The notes under the pieces were generated by a model. The model did no database searches, was not told the origin of the DNA, and saw only the letters and a list, made by a program, of their open reading frames with translations. The translations under genes and the position numbers were made by a program. A stretch of DNA of 52,739 nt from a virus (taxonomy: Duplodnaviria; Caudoviricetes), in IMG/VR virus record IMGVR_UViG_3300044512_003224, positions 1 to 52,739 of that record, one strand, 5' to 3'. Shown here piece after piece: positions 48,111 to 52,739 of the stretch (within the stretch, counting starts at the first letter, position 1; the number at the start of each line of letters is the position of its first letter).

Positions 48111-48383
48111 ATGGCTATGATTTCTAAAAATGCTAAACAGCCAATGGAGGGTGTAGCTTCTGCAACTTCTCCATTTGGTGCTGCAATGGGTTCTAAAAAG
48201 ACTGCTAACGGGTCTGACGGTGGCGCATGGGCAGCTGATATGAAAGCTCCTAAGCCCTATGGCAACTTCCGTACAGGTGATAATAAGCCTGGCGCACGTG
48301 GTCCGATGACTAAAGGTGTTTCTGTAGCTTCTGAGAACGTCACTAATGGCATGGGTGGACGCGTTATCAAGAACATGAAATAA
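48111..48383 (+). CDS. Gly/Ala/Lys/Met-rich low-complexity protein
   Basis: AAGGAG RBS; 90 aa. Confidence 0.75.
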   Translation: MAMISKNAKQPMEGVASATSPFGAAMGSKKTANGSDGGAWAADMKAPKPYGNFRTGDNKPGARGPMTKGVSVASENVTNGMGGRVIKNMK

Positions 48384-48393
48384 GGTGATTGAT

Positions 48394-48594
48394 ATGGCAA
48401 AAACACTATCAGGAGTAGAAGCGAGAGAAGGACAGTCTGTTGTAATTGGTGATAACCGTTACGGCATGAGAGAAGAGTATGATCCAGCAGTAAAACGTGA
48501 AACTTTAGACTACTATCGTCGAGGAGACACACTTACTGTTAAAGAAGTAAAAAATCCTAACTCTCAAACAGTAAAGACTGTAAAAGTAAAATGA
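48394..48594 (+). CDS. hypothetical protein
   Basis: AAGGTGA RBS before ATG 48394 (MAKTLSG). Confidence 0.7.
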   Translation: MAKTLSGVEAREGQSVVIGDNRYGMREEYDPAVKRETLDYYRRGDTLTVKEVKNPNSQTVKTVKVK

Positions 48595-48716
48595 TTGTTC
48601 CTGAAGTTTTTCAGCGTTCTATGTCAAAGCCTAAAAAGCGAAAGCCTAAGAAAGCGAAAAACAAGGGATCAATTCCTTACAAAGATATTTATAAACAAAA
48701 AATTGTTTTTAAATAG
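48591..48716 (+). CDS. 41-aa Lys-rich peptide (not in ORF track)
   Basis: ATGA coupling; MIVPEVFQRSMSKPKKRKPKKAKNKGSIPYKDIYKQKIVFK. Confidence 0.55.
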   Translation: MIVPEVFQRSMSKPKKRKPKKAKNKGSIPYKDIYKQKIVFK

Positions 48717-49248
48717 CACCTTTTGCCTTTAACAAATTATATAACCAAGTTTTATCGTAAGGCGCACATATATGAAGTTGCGCCTTACTTGTTTCTATAA
48801 TCTTTGAAAATATACGTTTATGTTCTACATCAACAGAGATAAACACCAAATCATCTATCCCCAACCAAGAATAATCAAAATCATAAGCATCACAAGTTAT
48901 AATCTTAATATCATTCTTAGCAGGAGATGACGCAACCAGTTTTCTACTAATTTTAGCACGTTTTTCATCTATCTCTAAACCTACTTGTTTGATGTGAGGA
49001 TATTGTTTGTGTACATCAAACATTGAGTATGGGTATATCCCACTACCAATCATGATTAAATTATTACACTTTGGAAAACGATATCGCTGTTTTTTATCTC
49101 TAAGTGTTCTTACTATCCACGCATTATGTTCAGCAGACTCATAAGCTAACTCAAGTCTATTTTTTTGAGAAAACTGAGTAATCTGAAACATCTCATCTTT
49201 GATTAACAATTTTTGCCAACGTTCTTTTGCAAGATAAACGTCATCCAT
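48709..49248 (-). CDS. class I SAM-dependent transferase, nicotianamine synthase/CntL-like
   Basis: LIMIGSGIYPYS, VGLEID..RA..SRKLV, DLVFIS..VEHK; start re-called to 49248 (ATGGATGA overlap). Confidence 0.65.
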   Translation of the reverse strand: MDDVYLAKERWQKLLIKDEMFQITQFSQKNRLELAYESAEHNAWIVRTLRDKKQRYRFPKCNNLIMIGSGIYPYSMFDVHKQYPHIKQVGLEIDEKRAKISRKLVASSPAKNDIKIITCDAYDFDYSWLGIDDLVFISVDVEHKRIFSKIIETSKAQLHICAPYDKTWLYNLLKAKGAI

Positions 49249-50356
49249 TGTGAATTGATCTGATGACATTTGACGACTCTTCAACTCCTTTTAAACTAAA
49301 GTTAAACTCAACTGGTGCTGTTGATAGCATTTTTGATATTTTATCTTCAAGTTGTGAAAACTCTTTATTATTAATAACTCCGTGAAATCCGTACGGCTCA
49401 AAAGTATATGCTCTGACAAACTGCTCCATTTTTTGTCCGTCCTGTCTTGGAACAATAATAGACGGAACACTACTTTGAAGTATTTCTACAGTAGTATTAT
49501 ATCCTCCATAAGTAATAACTCCTGCACAATCAACTAACTTTTCTCGTAAATTAGGAATATACTCTACTAACTGCATATTATCTTTTTTGCCAGTTTTAAG
49601 TTTAGTATATTTATTAGCAACAGGCATAACAAACTCATAATCAGGAAATCTATGAGCGATTTTACTGATTTGCTTGAAAAGAAGAACGCCTTCCTCTTTA
49701 TTTAGTCCTGTGCAGACGTAAACTATATTATTCTTTTTTTCGTGCTTTGGTAAACTATTATCACACACATAACCTGTATAATGCAGATTACTATTAATGT
49801 CGTCTATGATAGCTTTTGAATTTGAGTGTACAGTGCGATCACTAAACAATGGTAAAATATTAGGATCTCCGTGTACAAGTATTTTTTCTGCATAGTATTT
49901 ACACACTAAGTTTTGCGAGTAGTTAACCCAATCTTGTAGCGGAGTATCATGTGGTTCATCCCATGGAAAGTCTCTAACAGAAATGATAATCTTTATATCT
50001 CTTTTACGACATTCTTCAAAGTATCTAAAGTACTCATGTGCAAATTGTTGACGGCAAAATGGAAAACCCTCACATACTAAAGTTTTGATTGAGTATTTTT
50101 CAAGAGTTTTTATAAATTGGGAAATTCTGTGTGTAATAAGCTCTTCAGTCATAATAAACTGAAATATATTTTTTACTTTAGATACGTCAAAGTCTCGTAA
50201 AAAAGATATCATTGGTACATTGTATTTTAGAGGGGGAGAAAATAACTGTTCAATTATTACTACCTCTTCAAATTTAGAAACTTCCTCAGCTATATATTTA
50301 GTTCGCTGACTATGTCCTAATCCTCTATAATACTGAGTAAGAAATCCAACTGTCAT
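49241..50356 (-). CDS. GT-B glycosyltransferase (GT28/COG4671-like)
   Basis: GLGH..R, EGFPF, SVRD, VHGDP, YTGYV, GGYNTTVEIL, VPR....EQ..RA. Confidence 0.88.
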   Translation of the reverse strand: MTVGFLTQYYRGLGHSQRTKYIAEEVSKFEEVVIIEQLFSPPLKYNVPMISFLRDFDVSKVKNIFQFIMTEELITHRISQFIKTLEKYSIKTLVCEGFPFCRQQFAHEYFRYFEECRKRDIKIIISVRDFPWDEPHDTPLQDWVNYSQNLVCKYYAEKILVHGDPNILPLFSDRTVHSNSKAIIDDINSNLHYTGYVCDNSLPKHEKKNNIVYVCTGLNKEEGVLLFKQISKIAHRFPDYEFVMPVANKYTKLKTGKKDNMQLVEYIPNLREKLVDCAGVITYGGYNTTVEILQSSVPSIIVPRQDGQKMEQFVRAYTFEPYGFHGVINNKEFSQLEDKISKMLSTAPVEFNFSLKGVEESSNVIRSIHNG

Positions 50357-51027
50357 TATCTAGGTGGCGCTAAGTAGTCTTTTCCCATAGGAAAAATATT
50401 TGTAATTACTTCTGCACATGCATTGGCTATTTCTCTATGTTCTTTTTGGGTGCCGTTTGCTTGTCTCAACTCAATATAGTGTATCCAAGATCGTAGAGTT
50501 CCATTTACATAAAGTCTAGATTCCATTAATCCTTCTGGTAGAACTGCACGGGCTTGTTCCTTAGCTATGCCCATTTCTATTGCCCAAGTGTATGCTTTAA
50601 TTGCTGCAAGGTATACTGAATCTTGGTGACCCAACCACTGTTGTTTTAAAGAGTTATCTTCAATATCAATTGAGTTTTGTCTATTTTTTAGATCTTGAAG
50701 TCTAGCTTCTCTTCTTACTGATTTGAGATGCTGAGTCGGATCTGCATAGCGCTGTGAAAATTCTTGAAATGAGAATGATCTATGTCTAAGTATTTGGCGA
50801 GCTATATCTCTAGTAGTTGTAATTTCTAAACAAGCACTAACCATTTCAAATGGTGACCAGTGTTTTTCACGTATTAAATACTTTAGTAGTTTATCTGATG
50901 TTTGAGCACTAGCTTGATTATCAGGATTTGAAACTCTTGCACAGTAGGCTATTAACTCTTGTATATCTCCCCCTACAAATAGCTCATCTTTTACAGGCTG
51001 ACTGTAACTAATTAATCTAACTTCCAT
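50356..51027 (-). CDS. thyX: flavin-dependent thymidylate synthase
   Basis: ARVS, HWSPFE, RHRSFSFQEFSQRY, EQAR.VLP, TQKEHR; start re-called to ATG 51027. Confidence 0.97.
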   Translation of the reverse strand: MEVRLISYSQPVKDELFVGGDIQELIAYCARVSNPDNQASAQTSDKLLKYLIREKHWSPFEMVSACLEITTTRDIARQILRHRSFSFQEFSQRYADPTQHLKSVRREARLQDLKNRQNSIDIEDNSLKQQWLGHQDSVYLAAIKAYTWAIEMGIAKEQARAVLPEGLMESRLYVNGTLRSWIHYIELRQANGTQKEHREIANACAEVITNIFPMGKDYLAPPR

Positions 51028-51592
51028 TTTTTGAGTACCTTTCAATATCTTCTCGTGAATAAAATTCTGAAGTTTTTTCACCTTTTTTCAATCCACGAAT
51101 TTCGTTTTTAATTTTTTGAATAAATTTTTGAGAACGATTTTTCCAAGAAGATTCTTCTATCTGATGAACGTATTTTATCACTGTTTGTGGCAGTTGTTTT
51201 ATAGAGAGAATCGCAACTTTTTTTGTTGGCTGTATAATCTGAGGGGTTTGAAAATTATTTTTAATTAAAATCCATATTTCGTTCCTAAACGTATAATCAA
51301 ATAGCATTGGAGCTGATAAAATAGATAGCCCTTGCTCAAATAATACATCATGATAGGTAGTAACTTCTGCAATATATTGTGGATCTGTAAATTGTAAATA
51401 TACTCCTGTAGGTATAGGTAAGTGTTTTCCTGCAGGCACAGTTATAGAATCGTTTATACAGGCTCGTAAATAAAAGTAGGGATCAAAAGTATGCTCTTGA
51501 TTGAATCCCCATTCTATTCCGTGCTGCTTTTCTAGTGCAAGCGCATTAGAACTTTTCTCAACTAGTAAATTACAAACTTTTGAGTGTTGCAA
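51017..51592 (-). CDS. degenerate trimeric dUTPase-fold protein
   Basis: LRA...ITVPAG....IPTG, GL, D..FRNEI.I...N; follows flap endonuclease as in T5; catalytic motifs altered; probable TTG start 51592. Confidence 0.7.
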   Translation of the reverse strand: MQHSKVCNLLVEKSSNALALEKQHGIEWGFNQEHTFDPYFYLRACINDSITVPAGKHLPIPTGVYLQFTDPQYIAEVTTYHDVLFEQGLSILSAPMLFDYTFRNEIWILIKNNFQTPQIIQPTKKVAILSIKQLPQTVIKYVHQIEESSWKNRSQKFIQKIKNEIRGLKKGEKTSEFYSREDIERYSKNGS

Positions 51593-52418
51593 GATATTGT
51601 TCACCTTCTTTACCGCTAAGAATTGCTTCTTCACAATACTTTTTAAGATTGATTAGTTTTTCATTACGTAAAAGAGTATCACGTCCTGCATTTAGATTTT
51701 GGATATATTTAGATCTTCCTTTTAGCGGTAAACTATCAAGCAGTTTATCAAATTCTTTGTGATCTTTTGCAAGTCCTTGAGCACGTTTTGGCCCAATACC
51801 TTCTATGCCTAGAATATTATCAGATTTATCTCCTTCAATTATTCTAGATAACATATACTCATAAGGGGTAGTGCCGTAATCTTCCATTAGAGAATCGACT
51901 GTAACTTCTTTTCTACCAAAAATATTAAAGACTGATACATTATCATCGATCAGCTGATAAAGGTCTCTATCTGATGATACAATCCAAGTATGATCATACC
52001 TACTAGAAATATTTTGAGTAATGTATGCTAATATATCGTCAGCCTCAACTCCTCTAAACTTTAATACTTCTTCATCAAGTTCATCGGGTAAGGCATTAAG
52101 AACTGCAAAAAAGTCTTCGTACTTTTTAACTTCTTCTTCGTCTTGTGGTTTTTTGCGTGTGCCTTTATACTCTTCGTGCATATCCATTCGATAATAACTC
52201 TTACCAAAATCAAAACATACTATTGTACGTGCAGCTTCGTAAGACTTAGATAGAGATTGAATTGTTCGGATAAAGTCTGCTCCAAATGAGTCATAGTTAG
52301 GTCTTTGAAGCCAGCGATAAGAAAGGTTATTTGCGTCTACAATTAAAAGATTGTTATATGAAGAATAATCTGGCTGTTGTAGATCAGCTAGATCATTCCA
52401 AGACTTAGTATTAGACAT
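51570..52418 (-). CDS. T5 D15-like flap endonuclease / 5'-3' exonuclease
   Basis: LLIVDANNL, FD.GKS.YR, YKGTR, GVEADD, SSDRDL.QL, GDKSDNI.GIEGIGPKRA; AGGAG RBS. Confidence 0.95.
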   Translation of the reverse strand: MSNTKSWNDLADLQQPDYSSYNNLLIVDANNLSYRWLQRPNYDSFGADFIRTIQSLSKSYEAARTIVCFDFGKSYYRMDMHEEYKGTRKKPQDEEEVKKYEDFFAVLNALPDELDEEVLKFRGVEADDILAYITQNISSRYDHTWIVSSDRDLYQLIDDNVSVFNIFGRKEVTVDSLMEDYGTTPYEYMLSRIIEGDKSDNILGIEGIGPKRAQGLAKDHKEFDKLLDSLPLKGRSKYIQNLNAGRDTLLRNEKLINLKKYCEEAILSGKEGEQYLATLKSL

Positions 52419-52443
52419 TGATATCTCCTGTTATTTATAAGAT

Positions 52444-52472
52444 ATAATACCAATGATTTAAGGTGTTAGCAA
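52444..52472 (-). promoter_or_regulatory. sigma70-type promoter of flap endonuclease operon
   Basis: TTGCTA-17 nt-TATTAT with TG extension on - strand. Confidence 0.7.
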
Positions 52473-52489
52473 TTACTTTTATACAGTTT

Positions 52490-52739
52490 TTACTCTAAAA
52501 GTTTATGTTCTTTAATTACTTTGTATAGATGATTTGCAAAATCAATTTGAGCATCCTCATCATAATGAGACTTAAACTCTCCTCGTAAAGATATTTCAGA
52601 AATTTTCCACTTTCTTCTTTTAGCCATACTCATATGATTATACTCTCCCATTGTTGCGAAAGGATAATACTTTTTATCTATTAAGTTATAGAAAGTTTTC
52701 ATTTCAGGTGAAGTATCTATTAAGGGTACAGTGGTATTC
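52490..52739 (-). CDS. C-terminal part of probable SGNH-like protein (starts outside window)
   Basis: Frame is open to the window edge; ends SHYDEDAQIDFANHLYKVI, resembling SGNH block V plus terminal helix. Confidence 0.45.
   Translation of the reverse strand, partial: NTTVPLIDTSPEMKTFYNLIDKKYYPFATMGEYNHMSMAKRRKWKISEISLRGEFKSHYDEDAQIDFANHLYKVIKEHKLLE

Noticed and set aside
1206-52418. Stop-codon reassignment
   Set aside because: TAA, TGA and TAG all end genes at expected positions and coding density is high under the standard code
1-52739. tRNA/rRNA genes, integrase, transposase
   Set aside because: No cloverleaf or T-loop motifs in the few intergenic gaps, and no recombinase motifs seen

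Overview
Late (morphogenesis) region of a large, AT-rich, T5-like siphovirus. The + strand (1.2-48.7 kb) carries terS, terL, a T5-type HNH nicking endonuclease, portal, a fused protease/linker/major capsid ORF, neck proteins, a pb6-like tail tube, frameshifted tail chaperones, tape measure, a lambda-type tail tip (M/L/K/I/J-like) and fibres. The - strand carries a HAD phosphatase and an HNH gene at the left end, and flap endonuclease, degenerate dUTPase, ThyX, a glycosyltransferase and a nicotianamine-synthase-like gene at the right end. The strongest candidate for an undescribed system is a dispersed set of tailoring enzymes: 4 radical SAM enzymes, 3 glycosyltransferases, 1-2 SGNH proteins and 1 NAS/CntL-like transferase. 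Most are translationally coupled into the virion operon next to a 2203-aa, almost proline-free collagen-like fibre, which suggests post-translational decoration of the virion (inference). Other notable items: three tail-terminator paralogues, nested internal starts and an internal promoter in the protease-capsid fusion, an RNA pseudoknot/anti-SD element before the tail chaperone, an unannotated 37-aa peptide before the tandem radical SAM genes, and an alphaproteobacterial-type LexA box. All calls come from motif recognition by eye; no searches were run.
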